This document shows positions 26,077 through 40,489 of a stretch of DNA of 64,000 nt, piece after piece. The notes under the pieces are model-generated. The model was not told where the DNA came from. It was given only the letters and a program-made list of their open reading frames with translations, and made no database searches. Position numbers and translations under genes: made by a program. The stretch comes from Eledone cirrhosa (taxonomy: Eukaryota), in NCBI GenBank assembly GCA_964016885.1, contig OZ024752.1, positions 9,548,001 to 9,612,000 of the forward strand, in the 5' to 3' direction. Every line of letters begins with the position of its first letter. Within the stretch, counting starts at the first letter, position 1.

Positions 26077-26389
26077 TGTATTGAGAATGTAGTTATTTAG
26101 TTATTGTACTGTAAACAAAGAAGGCAGTTCGACTGTTTCAAAGCCTTTGATCAAAGGTCTGCTCTTTCAGAGATGGCCTTGGGTTAAATAGTAGCAAACA
26201 GAAGCTACGTTAAGTGGAATAATAAATAAGATATTAAGCTCAACTGTAGAATATTCAATTAACACAAAGATTTGACTACATAGTTGTCACTTGTCTGGTA
26301 TACAGACAGATGTGACCCGAGGCTGTCCCCATTACAAAGCCACATCTATTGTGATTTATGCAGAAACTTCCTGTTCTGGTGCACAAACA

Positions 26390-28399
26390 TCAAATAAATT
26401 GTGGCAAAGTTGCTGTACTTGCGCCCCCCTCTCTCTCTCTCACACAAATAAAACACTATACTACTACCATTACTACTACTACTACTACTACAAATGAATT
26501 GTGGCAAAGTTGCTGTACTTGCGCCCCCCTCTCTCTCTCACACAAATAAAACACTATACTACTACCATTACTACTACTACTACTACTACTACAAATAAAT
26601 TGTGGCAAAGTTGCTGTACTTGCGCCCCCCTCTCTCTCTCACACAAATAAAACACTATACTACTACCATTACTACTACTACTACTACTACTACAAATGAA
26701 TTGTGGCAAAGTTGCTGTACTTGCGCCCCCCTCTCTCTCTCACACAAATAAAACACTATACTACTACCATTACTACTACTACTACTACTACTACTACTAC
26801 AAATGAATTGTGGCAAAGTTGCTGTACTTGCGCCCCCCTCTCTCTCTCACACAAATAAAACACTATACTACTACCATTACTACTACTACTACTACTACTA
26901 CAAATAAATTGTGGCAAAGTTGCTGTACTTGCGCCCCCCTCTCTCTCTCACACAAATAAAACACTATACTACTACCATTACTACTACTACTACTACTACT
27001 ACAAATGAATTGTGGCAAAGTTGCTGTACTTGCGCCCCCCTCTCTCTCTCACACAAATAAAACACTATACTACTACCATTACTACTACTACTACTACTAC
27101 TACAAATAAATTGTGGCAAAGTTGCTGTACTTGCGCCCCCCTCTCTCTCTCACACAAATAAAACACTATACTACTACCATTACTACTACTACTACTACTA
27201 CTACAAATAAATTGTGGCAAAGTTGCTGTACTTGCGCCTCCCTCTCTCTCTCACACAAATAAAACACTATACTACTACCATTACTACTACTACTACTACT
27301 ACTACAAATGAATTGTGGCAAAGTTGCTGTACTTGCGCCCCCCTCTCTCTCTCACACAAATAAAACACTATACTACTACCATTACTACTACTACTACTAC
27401 TACTACAAATAAATTGTGGCAAAGTTGCTGTACTTGCGCCTCCCTCTCTCTCTCACACAAATAAAACACTATACTACTACCATTACTACTACTACTACTA
27501 CTACAAATGAATTGTGGCAAAGTTGCTGTGCTTGCGCCCCCCTCTCTCACACAAATAAAACACTATACTACTACCATTGCTACTACTACTACTACTACTA
27601 CTACTACAAATGAATTGTGGCAAAGTTGCTGTGCTTGCGCCCCCCTCTCTCACACAAATAAAACACTATACTACTACCATTACTACTACTACTACTACTA
27701 CTACTACTACAAATGAATTGTGGCAAAGTTGCTGTACTTGCGCCCCCCTCTCTCTCTCACACAAATAAAACACTATACTACTACCATTACTACTACTACT
27801 ACTACTACTACTACAAATGAATTGTGGCAAAGTTGCTGTACTTGCGCCCCCCTCTCTCTCTCACACAAATAAAACACTATACTACTACCATTACTACTAC
27901 TACTACTACTACAAATGAATTGTGGCAAAGTTGCTGTACTTGCGCCCCCCTCTCTCTCTCACACAAATAAAACACTATACTACTACCATTACTACTACTA
28001 CTACTACTACTACTACAAATGAATTGTGGCAAAGTTGCTGTACTTGCGCCCCCCTCTCTCTCTCACACAAATAAAACACTATACTACTACCATTACTACT
28101 ACTACTACTACTACTACTACTACAAATGAATTGTGGCAAAGTTGCTGTGCTTGCACCTCCCTCTCTCTCTCACACAAATAAAACACTATACTACTACCAT
28201 TACTACTACTACTACTACTACTACAAATGAATTGTGGCAAAGTTGCTGTACTTGCGCCCCCCTCTCTCTCTCACACAAATAAAACACTATACTACTACCA
28301 TTACTACTACTACTACTACTACAAATGAATTGTGGCAAAGTTGCTGTACTTGCGCCCCCCTCTCTCTCTCACACAAATAAAACACTATACTACTACCAT

Positions 28400-28432
<33 letters not shown>

Positions 28433-28690
28433 AAATGAATTGTGGCAAAGTTGCTGTGCTTGCACCCTCTCTCTCTCTCACACAAATAAAACACTATACT
28501 ACTACCATTACTACTACTACTACTACTACAAATGAATTGTGGCAAAGTTGCTGTACTTGCACCCCCTCTCTCTCTCACACAAATAAAACACTATACTACT
28601 ACCATTACTACTACTACTACTACTACAAATGAATTGTGGCAAAGTTGCTGTGCTTGCACCCCCTCTCTCTCGCACACACAAATAAAACTA

Positions 28691-28722
<32 letters not shown>

Positions 28723-28790
28723 ATGAATTGTGGCTAAGTTGCAGTGCTTGCTCTCTCTCTTTCTCTCTCAAACACACACAAATAAAACAC
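26390..28790. repeat. Satellite, ~100-bp unit, about 24 copies, each with a variable (TAC)n and (CT)n
   Basis: Unit aaat(g/a)aattgtggcaaagttgctgtacttgcgccccc(ct)n cacacaaataaaacacta tactactaccat(tac)n. Confidence 0.97.
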
Positions 28791-28910
28791 TATACTACTA
28801 CTACGACTACCAATACTACTACTACTTCCATCACTACTATTATTACTACCACCACCACCACAACTACTACTATGTCTTCTGCTACTACTACTACTTCCAT
28901 CACCATTATA

Positions 28911-28951
<41 letters not shown>

Positions 28952-29119
28952 CATCACCAGTATTACTACTACCACCACTAACAATATTATTACTATCACT
29001 ACTAGTATCACTACTACTACAACTACCACCACCTCAACTTCTTTCAAACCAGTTCCTGTACACAGCTAAGTATTCTATAAGTCTCTAGCTGTGTCATTCT
29101 CGATAAAAGCATTGGATAT

Positions 29120-29162
29120 GTAATCCTGAAGATTTCTAATAAGAATGAAACGCGTAGGTTAC
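29120..29162 (+). ncRNA. Type I minimal hammerhead ribozyme
   Basis: gtaatc-CTGAAGA-tttct aata agaat-GAAA-CGCG-TA-ggttac. 6-bp stem I, canonical core, palindromic ACGCGT stem III, GUA triplet. Confidence 0.8.
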
Positions 29163-29387
29163 TTCCCTTGCTTTTATCGAGAATCTCAAATTGTAATACG
29201 TGACGTATTCTATCCTATAGCGATTAGGTCTTCAAAATGTTTATTATAAACATACAGAATATTTTCAAATATTCTATGTTTGTCTTCACATATATATATA
29301 TATATATATATATAAAGAAAAAGAGATGAAATCGAAAATGCAACTGGAGTCTTATTTTAAAAAAAAATATATATATTTATTTGGTTC

Positions 29388-29423
29388 CTTTACCGGTTTC
29401 GCAGTTCTTCTGCTTTTCAAAAG
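29388..29423 (-). ncRNA. Type I minimal hammerhead with U3-A8 core variant
   Basis: Minus strand: ctt-TTGAAAA-GCAG aagaa CTGC-GAAA-CCGG-TA-aag. Confidence 0.7.
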
Positions 29424-29540
29424 TAGAGTTGAGATGGAGGGTCTGTGGTTTTTCTCACAGATAAATATATATATATATATATATATATAAATATATATAT
29501 ATAAATATATAATATATAAATATATATATATATAATATCC

Positions 29541-29586
<46 letters not shown>

Positions 29587-29623
29587 ATATCCTATGTATA
29601 TATATATATATAATATCCTATGT

Positions 29624-29659
<36 letters not shown>

Positions 29660-29696
29660 GGATACACACATATACACACATATATACCTATATACG

Positions 29697-29730
<34 letters not shown>

Positions 29731-30077
29731 AAATATATATATATGGATACATACATACATACACACATATATACCTATATATATATATATATATATATGC
29801 GTGTGTGTATGATTGTGAATGTCTATTTTCAGGTGTTTATCGCAAACTATTGTGTGTGTGTGTATGTGTGAATGCTTTAAAACTTTGCAGTAAATATCTT
29901 CTAGCATGCCACCAAATTCCCCTACCTCCTAGTACACATCCTAAAACATTTATACTGAGAAAACAGTTATAAAGTTTCGCCCATTCAGTCTGTACATGTG
30001 TTTGTATAGGTAACTGTATCAGCATGAGTGTGATTTGGCATCGAATCTCATAGTTCTTGTTTGTATATCCTACTATA

Positions 30078-30129
<52 letters not shown>

Positions 30130-30214
30130 GCAAGTGGACATTCTATATATTGAAAAGTATCTGTACACCTTTATATAACCAATTGCTAACTTCCTGTGGC
30201 AAGCACATACCAAA

Positions 30215-30400
30215 CTGTACTAAACACAAGCTGTATGGACTTATATACAAAACACACGCTATATGGACTTATATACAAAACATACGCACTAAACACACGC
30301 TATATGGACTTATATACAAAACACACGCACTAAACCCACGCTCACAACACACGCTATATGGACACATACAAAACACACGCACTAAACACAAGCTGTATGA
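30215..30400. repeat. Short degenerate minisatellite (aaacacacgctatatggacttatatac)
   Basis: About 5 diverged units. Confidence 0.75.
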
Positions 30401-32444
30401 AGACATATACTCACCTTACTACACTTTAGAAATTACAAACGATAAAATACATTTAACTGACATTTACAAAGACATACGCAAGCACATAACTTTAAACAAC
30501 ATTTTATGTATTCATTTGAAGGGCAGTTTCTATACAGATTGATCACGGACTGACAATTTGATCCTTCTTTGTAGCTTTGATTAACCTTATTGGATCAATC
30601 ACGCAGACAACTTTTCATCAGTTCTGCTATTTTTTCTTCCTTTCCAATACATATTCATCGATTACAAACTATGTTAAACTATGTACTGTGTAGGATTCTT
30701 TTCTCTAACATGTTCAAAGGGATATACTTGCCAGTCATACGTTTATGCTAGTTTTACCATTAACAGCTATATATAACTGGTTTTAAGTTATTAACCCAAA
30801 AGCATTTCACCAATTCAAGAAAAAGATCCTTTGAAATAATAAAGTACGAAAATAGGAATTAATATTCAAAGGTAACCTGCAACTTTATATACCAGTAACA
30901 TTTTATTCTATGGCAGCTTATCACGTAAGTTGATATCCGGTCACGCACAAATTTCCTTTTAACTTGCTAATTGAAGATCGTATTTTTATATATCGCAGAT
31001 TACTAAATAGTATACAGTTCCTTTTAAATACTTTATGCACATATTCCTTATTGATCATTTCTGAATATGTCTGCAGATTTCCAAACATTCCAACAGTTTT
31101 AAAAGAACATAACAACAGAGGTTGCCATAATTTGCATCCGTTTCAAATTACCGTTTTCTATTTTTGTTTTGTTGTTTTTAACAATTTCATACACATTTCT
31201 TACTTTCTCTGCCTACAGACTCCAACGTTTTATTAATTTATATGAAGGAATTAAGCGACAATAAGCGACAATTACTATCTTAATGTCTTGGAATATATCA
31301 TATACATACTCACGGGTTATCGATGATAAATTCTGAAGGAATGACTTTGACATTTATTATTATTAAACAATAAACGTCAAATTCTTACCAATTATACCAA
31401 TCTACTAAAACAGTTAGGTCGCAATTTAATATCCGTCTTTCAAAGTTACCCGATTTCTTTTCCCCGAACTTATCTTCAATATATTAAAGTTTATTCTTGA
31501 TGAAATATGTTGTATTCTACAACAATTGTTAACCTTTTTTTAAAGATTCTTCTCAAGCGTAGCATTACCATTTTGTTAAAATTTGTAACAGTTTTAAGTT
31601 ACTTTAATTTCACTATTAATACAAATTTAAACGTTAATAGAAATCTCCATGTGAGTATTTTCTTATTGTTCAGTGTTGTTGAATGTTTTGTAAAATGTTG
31701 AACAAAGTTTACACAAAACATACCAACTACCCATATCACGCGACAACTAAGTTGTGAAGAAAAACAAAACAATAGGAGGATTAAGAAAGTTCCTCATTTA
31801 TAGAGAAATTCAGATTTCTATAACATTCTTTTTCGTCAGTAAACCTGAACGTTTCCTTAACAAGAATATTTACAGAAAGTGAACTCAAGACTCTACTGTA
31901 ACCGCGTATTACATAAAGACATACATTATAAACTGATGCGAAAATAGGTATAGGAAATGTTTTGCATTAATGATAGTTCTCTGTTGGAAGAATATAGCAT
32001 GCAAAAAACAATAATTGAAGAATAATGGGGTTCATGCGAAGAGAAAAGTTATATTACAATGTGACAAGGTAATACATGCTGGCTGACAATGCTTTTAAGA
32101 ACAAAAAAAAAATTGATGTTTTGAGATGAAATGCTTAAAAGTTTAAATCACAGCGAAGATGAACGAATATACGTGATTATTAAGTGATTTCACATCTCTC
32201 TACATTTAAACCTACATACTAGGGTACCTGCAAACATGTACATATCTACACATGGAAATACACACATATACACATGGAAATACAGACTTGCGCAATGTTT
32301 AAATTTGCTTGAGTTTTGTGTCTGATTGAACACATACACAATTTCATAAATATATGTGTGTGTGTGTGTGTGTGTCTGTGTCTGTGTGTGTCGGAATGTA
32401 TGTGTGCATATATACATACCATAATATAATAATGATGACGGCAG

Positions 32445-32484
<40 letters not shown>

Positions 32485-33042
32485 GTGTGTGTGTGTATCG
32501 GAATGTATGTGTGTATATATACGTACCATAGTATAATAATGGTGACGGCAGTCATATATATATATATACACACACATGCATATATACATACACAGATTAT
32601 ACATATATATAAATATATACATGCATACATGCATATATACATACAGATTATATATATATATACTTATACACACACACAAAGTATGTATCTATGTGTCTAT
32701 ATATATATATATATATACACACACATAGACGATGATGGAATTGATATTAAGTTCCGCTCAAAAATTCTGTTAAAAGCATTATTTCTCCTTTATAATACGA
32801 ACTCGTATAAAGGAAAGTTGAAGTCAGACAGATAATTTTTCTCAAAAGATATAATACAAAACTTTAATATTTGGTGCTGCTTAACTCACTTTCAAGTCAA
32901 GATTGAAAGTTATATAAAGTACCCACAAGCCATATTGAACTTTTCTAATAATTTTATTACGTCACAAATTCCTATTACATTCTCTCATCATATACAGCAA
33001 TGGATTAATCAATCATATACAGCAGACAGAAAAAAAAAAACA

Positions 33043-33087
<45 letters not shown>

Positions 33088-33262
33088 AAGAGAGATAAAG
33101 AGAGAGAGAGAAAGAGAGAGAAAGAGAGAGAAAGAGAGAGAAAGAGAGAAAGAGTGAGTGAGTGAGTGAGTGAGTGAGCGAGCGTGCGTGCGTGCGTGTT
33201 ATAGTGTAATACTCCACTATTTTCTTTAGCAAGACGAGATAAGTTCGATGTACTATTGTTGG

Positions 33263-33303
<41 letters not shown>

Positions 33304-33430
33304 TTATATATATATATATATATATATATCCAAAATTAAATTAAGGGTGTCATGTCGGAGAGACATGCGCCATATCCACTGTAGAATATGCTCCAAGATT
33401 CCAATGAATAGATCCGAGCATTTTATATTA

Positions 33431-33472
33431 ACTAGAAATCACGGGTTGCATATACATTATGCAACCCGTGAT
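33431..33472 (-). mobile_element. Helitron-like 3' terminus (hairpin + CTAG|T)
   Basis: Perfect 15-bp stem atcacgggttgcata/tatgcaacccgtgat followed on the minus strand by ttCTAG then T. 5' end not located. Confidence 0.55.
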
Positions 33473-33749
33473 GTTTCTTCCCGGAATGCCAGAAACCTAT
33501 CGAAGATTACCGATTCATGTCCTTTCGAGATGGTCCTGGTTAGTGTTAGACATATTTGTATACATCAATGTTATATTATGATGGCAACATATTTTTGGTC
33601 GCTTTATTCTTGGTGTCACACTTTATTAACTGTTTGTGTTTATTCTGGGTGGAAATGTAATCACTTTTCACACCATTGAATGATTTGTGATTGCCTCAAA
33701 TAATTCGATAAGTATTTGCTATACTGCGACTACAACTTCGATTTATACC

Positions 33750-33836
<87 letters not shown>

Positions 33837-34535
33837 ACTCTCTCGTCGATATCCGACGTATGAGTGTTCAACAAAACTTCTGCTCTCTGGATGGTGGTGT
33901 CTCCTGTGAGCTAGAGACTTCCAGTAGTGTCCTCTACCTCTCCCCGTCACGCCATCGCCTACGGTCTCCGCCTGCAAAAGACTGGCGGAAATGTGAGAAA
34001 GGGAACTGATATTGAACTACCCACACAAAGTTTTGTTTTAAGTGGTGAAGGCTTGTGTAGGACCAACCACACTTTTTGGAACTGACGATACATATCTTCG
34101 GTGCAAATGTTTGCCATGGAAAATACAACGACGGCCCTCAGCTTTTTATGCCTCGGAGTTTAACCTCTCCGTATTCAAAAAAAAAAAAATTGGCCGGCCA
34201 TTGACTCTGCTGAGTAACTCCGCCTTTTGCCGTGTCTTGTATTTCATTCCGCAGGGTGTCAAAATATCACCCTCCTCACCAAGCAAGGTTGGTGGGGTTG
34301 AGAGTTTAGTCACCGACCACCCGACCAGGGGACAGGTTGTACTGGGTTACATGTTACCAGTAGCACTCAAGAGCGAGAGAGAGAGAGTAATAATAGTAAA
34401 TGTGAAGACTAAAATACAAAGAGGGCTCGATAAGGATAAATATAGATCAAATATAAAAGAACCCCAGAGCAAATATTTCAGAAGATCCCGTTAAGGGTGA
34501 AGGCAGTGATACTTTGCTTAAACTTTAATCTGTTA

Positions 34536-34589
<54 letters not shown>

Positions 34590-35352
34590 CGACTGCCAAT
34601 GTGCATCTGTGGATGAATAGGTGTCAATTGACAGATATATCGATAAAATGTGAAGAACCTGATATAAGTGTTATTGGCTCAGAAATCGATCTTTTGTAGC
34701 TGTCACAATGTTGAGCCAATGTACAAATGTCGAAACATTTCCTCAGAAAAGGAAAATAGACATTAGAAAGAAAATGAATGCCAAGTGCCACATAATCTGG
34801 CATCCTATTAATAGTAACGGGTGAATGTAATCCATTACTGGTAAGAGATATGACGTGGTTTGAAATGTGATTGCTTTTGGCATTAGAGGATGTAGCATTA
34901 GTAAAATTATGTAATGGAAGTACAGGAATAGACAGATCAAAGCCATCTTTGCCAGAAGTAATTTACCTTATTGGAAATACAGTAGTTAGGACAGCAATGT
35001 CGGCAGCGTTTCTTATGTTTTTATTTCCACTAAAACTATTTCTGAATGTTCCAAATGGTTGAGTTAAGGAAGGATTTTGCTGTCCAAAACGTTGATCTCT
35101 TTGTATGCATTTATTCAGGCACACACACACAGACACACAGACAAACACACACACACACAGAGACAAACAAACACACACACACACACACAGACACGTGTGT
35201 GCATATATTTAAATTTCATTTCCTTTCTTTGCTTATTTATTTTTATCTTATTTCATATTTGAAACTGAATTATTTAGATGGCCATTTCACGATTCTTAAA
35301 TATATATATATATATGTATACGTATATATATGTGTGTATGTATGTCGGTGTA

Positions 35353-35385
<33 letters not shown>

Positions 35386-35453
35386 GTGTGTATGTATGTA
35401 TATATATATAAAGATGTATATGGGTGTATATATATCTGTGTGTATGTATGCAT

Positions 35454-35584
35454 AAATAGCCGTCGAAACGGCTTGAGCTCTGCCGTCGGGGGTCATACTT
35501 TTTCCTATTACCCACTCTACTACCCTAAGCATTGAGTACTCTGGTGCGTTATGGTCCATCTGGTTCCTTACCACAATTCCTTCG

Positions 35585-35650
<66 letters not shown>

Positions 35651-35653
35651 ATG

Positions 35654-35696
<43 letters not shown>

Positions 35697-36100
35697 TATA
35701 AATTATGTCCATAGAATCATAAGATATATACATCATTTCCTCTCCCAATTAGCATAATCAACCACATAAAAACCAATTAAACCAGGCTATAAGATTAAAA
35801 GGCCCCTATGAAGAAATAATAGATAAATAAACGATAGCCATCTATTCGTGATCAACAGCTATAGAATATTTACCCAGCATTTCAATAGCACGTGGAAATC
35901 GATTAAATATATCGTCAACCATACACAATTAGGTATAACATTAAAGTTAGAAGAAAAAAAGCATATAAACATACCAGGATTACGTTTCTACCCTTTAAGG
36001 TTTCATTCGCTTTTAGAAATATCCGATTATGGATAAATTTCCGAGCTTCGAAATCACCAGGAAACAAACTCACTTGGAAGAATATATACACCCCGCACAT
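35454..36100 (+). mobile_element. Second PLE-like family remnant: hammerhead 3' half and tail, microsatellite, then decayed putative ORF start
   Basis: 35454-35586 matches 13940-14072. 35701-35932 matches 53165-53393 and (inverted) 10755-10822. Weak PYEEIIDK..AI..FNST..PYT similarity to PLE N-termini. Confidence 0.5.
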
Positions 36101-37211
36101 ATATATTTATATATACGCACACACAGATTTATGTTTACACGCAAATCTATATAAACATGAATCCTGCTGAATAAAATGGTAGTGTTATGTTTCCTCGCTA
36201 AGTAGTTCACGCAGTTTAGACATTTCTACACCAGTTACATAAATGACAATACCTGCTTCTTTTCTTTACAGGAGAGAATAATTATATCACATTCATTTAT
36301 TCCGGTTTAAATACTTCAGCTTTTGAAACTAGTTGTATAGCATTAGATAAATAATTATGCAGCAAACGGAAAACTAAACCAGAAATTCTGTGAACGACAT
36401 ATCTATGTAAGCATTCATGGTACCGTAATGTCTGAGGAATTTGTAGGACCATCGTATTGACATATGGCGACGCTAGGGCATTCTTACACCTGGCGGAACC
36501 TATCTTCTCTCCAATCTGAATACATCAGAATTTTTCCGGAGAAGGATAGAAAATGAGCGAGGGAGGAAGTGAGAAAGAGATATAGAGAAAGAAATAATAG
36601 ACCCCCACTACTAGATTGATACTTATATTTATCGACCTCCAATGGATGAAAGGCAAAGTTGACCTCGGTGGGATTTGAACTCAGAAGTAGAGAACTGGAA
36701 CGAATACTGCAAAGCATTCTATCCGATGTTCAAATATCTCTGCCAATTCAACGCCTGAGGTGTCTATATCTTGTTCAAAACTAATTTCTAATTGTGGCAA
36801 TTGTACCCATGGTAAAACTATGATTTCGCTACGTGGTGATTATTCAACTTACGAGAGAAATATGTTATATAACTTCAAAATAAACCCTACACCCCTAAAC
36901 AAGGAAATGTTACATTAGATAATATAATCCTAGATACTCCTAAAATCCTACGGCTTTAATCATTATCATTCCCAATCAAAACTTATATGAAGCTAACTAA
37001 CAATTACTTTCATACTAACCTTATTTCTGTGGCGTTGCTAATGTCTTTGTGGAAATCAACATTAAGAATATATCGCAATATTAAATAGTTTGAACTTAAC
37101 ACCAACATCTTGATCGCTATAAAATCAACAGTTGTTGTTTTAAATCATCTAGATTGTATTTTGTGGTTATCTCCCTATCAAGTTTAAAAAAGAACTACAG
37201 GTAGTTCACAG

Positions 37212-37257
<46 letters not shown>

Positions 37258-37263
<6 letters not shown>

Positions 37264-37338
37264 TGCCCTCCCAAAATGTATACACACTTCAACAGCATTC
37301 TAATATTAATATGTATACATTTTGGGGGACACCCTATA
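37258..37338. mobile_element. Tiny Tc1/mariner-type MITE in (TA)n
   Basis: TIRs tatatggtgccctcccaaaatgtataca and tgtatacattttgggggacaccctata. Confidence 0.7.
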
Positions 37339-37359
37339 TATATATATATATATATATAT

Positions 37360-37626
37360 CAGTGGCGAAGGGTAACCTGGAAAACAGGACATGCAGTCCA
37401 GTCGCCATGGCGGAAAGTGGGGCTGTGCAGCCTTGCTCCCCCCATTCCATCTAAATGACCCTCCCGGTCAAAGCCGCACGTAGTGTTATCTAGTGAGTGA
37501 GTGAGTGAGTGTGTCTGTGAGTGTGTCTGTGTCTGTGTGTGTGTGATCTTTTTTTGTGTCTATACGCAACCGACGCAATTGATCAACTCAAGATTCTATA
37601 ACGCATGCACGGATCCTTCGCCCCTG
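37360..37626. mobile_element. MITE with CAGTGGCGAAGG termini (hAT-like)
   Basis: cagtggcgaagggt versus reverse complement caggggcgaaggat; flanks atatatat and atctatat (imperfect 8-bp TSD). Confidence 0.65.
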
Positions 37627-37644
37627 ATCTATATATATAATAAT

Positions 37645-38057
<413 letters not shown>

Positions 38058-38655
38058 CGATGGCAGCAGAGGCCACGTAATCCCATGTTAATCCCAGTGT
38101 CGTGTCTCATCAGGCACCTTCTTAGATAATAAGGTTAACGGGCGCTCACTTCAAAAACATTGTGATCGTCTGTTCCCGTGTCATTTCGAATTTGGTTTGC
38201 CTAATAAAAGTAACCTTAAACTACTTTTTATTTCATTATTTTATAAATACTCCGTCATTCCTATGCGGATAAAGTACATTGAGCTCTTAATGAAATAGCA
38301 CCAATGTTTTATTGTGTGTAAATGTGTATATATATATATATATATATATAAAGCTCGAATGTACATCGATCATATCCGATGGCTGTTTCTGTATTATTCA
38401 CTACCCACTCTCCAAGATGGTCGACTGAATACATGTGTTTTTTTCTCACCAATTGTTTCCTCATTTTCCCGGGTCCTTCCTCTTATCACTCTTTACTTTC
38501 TATTTATTTCCTATTTCTAACTTTATATTTTGATGAAGGTCTAGTGTCCGAAACGTTACGACTCTCTTGCTGCTATTTCAAGCGTTAAACTAATATATTT
38601 CTTCCATGTACTGTGTCGTTTGTCTTGTTATTTTTGTTATTTCTGTTTACCTTTA

Positions 38656-38734
<79 letters not shown>

Positions 38735-39360
38735 GAAAAATTGAACAGGGACAGAACAGAGAGGCAGTACGATAAATGTTTATTAAATTCACGCTCAGGA
38801 GAGTGGGGGGTAGATATATATATATATATAGTGTGTATAAATATATGTATGATTGTGTGTCGAGGGATGTAGATATCAGCAACATATACCATCGTTGCAT
38901 CAATGATTTAAGATTGGACATTTCTAGGGAACGTTCTCTGGCGTGCAGAACTCCAGGTGTTTAACAGAATACAAATATTTTGCTTTGTTTCAAATATATG
39001 CATTTTCAAATAATTATTTGAAATCGTTGATACAGCTTTCGGATTTTCTAAGCGAGAACATTTCCCGATTGTCTTAAAGTTATGGTTTATAAGGAAATAC
39101 AGAATGAATTATTCTCCGCTATTTCTAGACAAGTTACGCAAGTGACTACAAAACCCAGTATTCGCCGCAGCAATGTCTAATACTAATAAGAAATACTCTC
39201 TGTTATTCATACATTTGAATCTCTTAAGCAGCTAAAACCTGATTTGGGACTGGAGTGCGATAAAACTAAATTCAGTATTTTAAAGGAATCTGCTAAAATC
39301 AATCCATATCCTCCTTAAGATATTTTCAAGTCAATAGTCCAAATAACATCTATCTATCTA

Positions 39361-39895
39361 TCTATATATTAGTAAAACTCTGCGATTGCTTGATTGTCTG
39401 TAATGTAATACAGCCAAAAGGGCGCATAATGGGAAAATACTTTGAAAGGAAGTTGACCATGAAATGGGAATACAAATGGAATAAAACAAGTTTCGCGTAA
39501 ATCGGAGCACGGGCGCCCGAGATATGGGGTTTTCCGGGTACCGTCAGAGAGAGAGAGAGAGAAGGATAGAGAGAAAGAGATAATGGTTGTGAGAGAGTAG
39601 ATTGAAAGAGGGAGAATGGAAGAGAAAGAACTGTTGTTGTTGTCTGTAATGTGTGTGTGTGTGTCCATGACCAGTGTATATAGATCCCAGACCCCCCCCT
39701 CTTATATATATATATGTATACACACATTTATATATATACATACACATGTATATATATGTATGGGCCTTCCAGGTTCATTTCACATTATATATATGTCTGA
39801 ATATTTTAATTATTTAAAAATTATTTTTAAGGGAACATGATTTAAAAAAAATATTTTGAAGTGAACGTGACCCCAACGGGTCACGGGTGGTCTAG
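39361..39895 (+). mobile_element. Non-autonomous Helitron
   Basis: A|TCTATATATTAGTAAAA start; 3' hairpin cgtgaccc-caac-gggtcacg then ggtggtCTAG|T; no TSD; internal microsatellites. Confidence 0.8.
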
Positions 39896-40069
39896 TATTA
39901 TATGTAAATATAATAAAATAAAATAAATATATAATATTTATTTATGCAGTATATATTATATTATTTATTATATATACATTAACGATTTTATTATATATTA
40001 TTTACAATTTGCGTGTAAATAATATTATATACAATTTGCGTGTAAATATATTTATAATTTGTCTTTCTG

Positions 40070-40147
40070 GAAATAGGCTTGAGGGCGCTGAGGGACTTAC
40101 GTGGCCGTGAGGGGGTGGCGGTGGCCCCAAAAGTTTGAGAACCTTTG
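40070..40147. mobile_element. hAT-type MITE end fragment
   Basis: GC-rich stretch ending aaaagtttgagaacctttg (reverse complement CA(A/G)AGGTTCTCAAACTTTT). Confidence 0.5.
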
Positions 40148-40209
40148 CTCTACGTAGTCGCTAGACATAGCATTGACGTCCCACTCAAATCACACGAAGC
40201 CGTTCTACA

Positions 40210-40489
40210 TACGAGGATCGGCTTAAAAGTTCAAAGGCTGGCTATAAAGAAGTGATGTTAGAGCTGTGAAATCTTATTCATTCCATGCGAGTATCTTGGT
40301 CAATCTATGAAGGATTGATGCTAAAGCTGTGAAATCTTGCATGCATTAATTTAAACTCTTCTAATTAAAAACTGCATTGTCTTTTTTAGGGACTATGTTG
40401 AAAAATAAACCTTATTTATTCATTCCATGAGAGTATCTTGGTCAGCCTATGAAACTCTCAGCTTATGAAATTTTCAACCGACCCGCATA
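40210..40489. mobile_element. Mariner-type MITE with TA TSD and an internal duplication
   Basis: tacgaggatcggcttaaaagttca versus reverse complement tatgcgggtcggttgaaaatttca. Confidence 0.7.

Noticed and set aside
26390-28790. CRISPR-like array or repeated Cys-rich peptide gene (LWQSCCTCAP)
   Set aside because: Between-repeat sequence is the same microsatellite each time; frames shift and stop between units.
30520-30630. CTGATGA...GAAA on the minus strand
   Set aside because: About 90 nt apart with no credible stem I or III; expected by chance.
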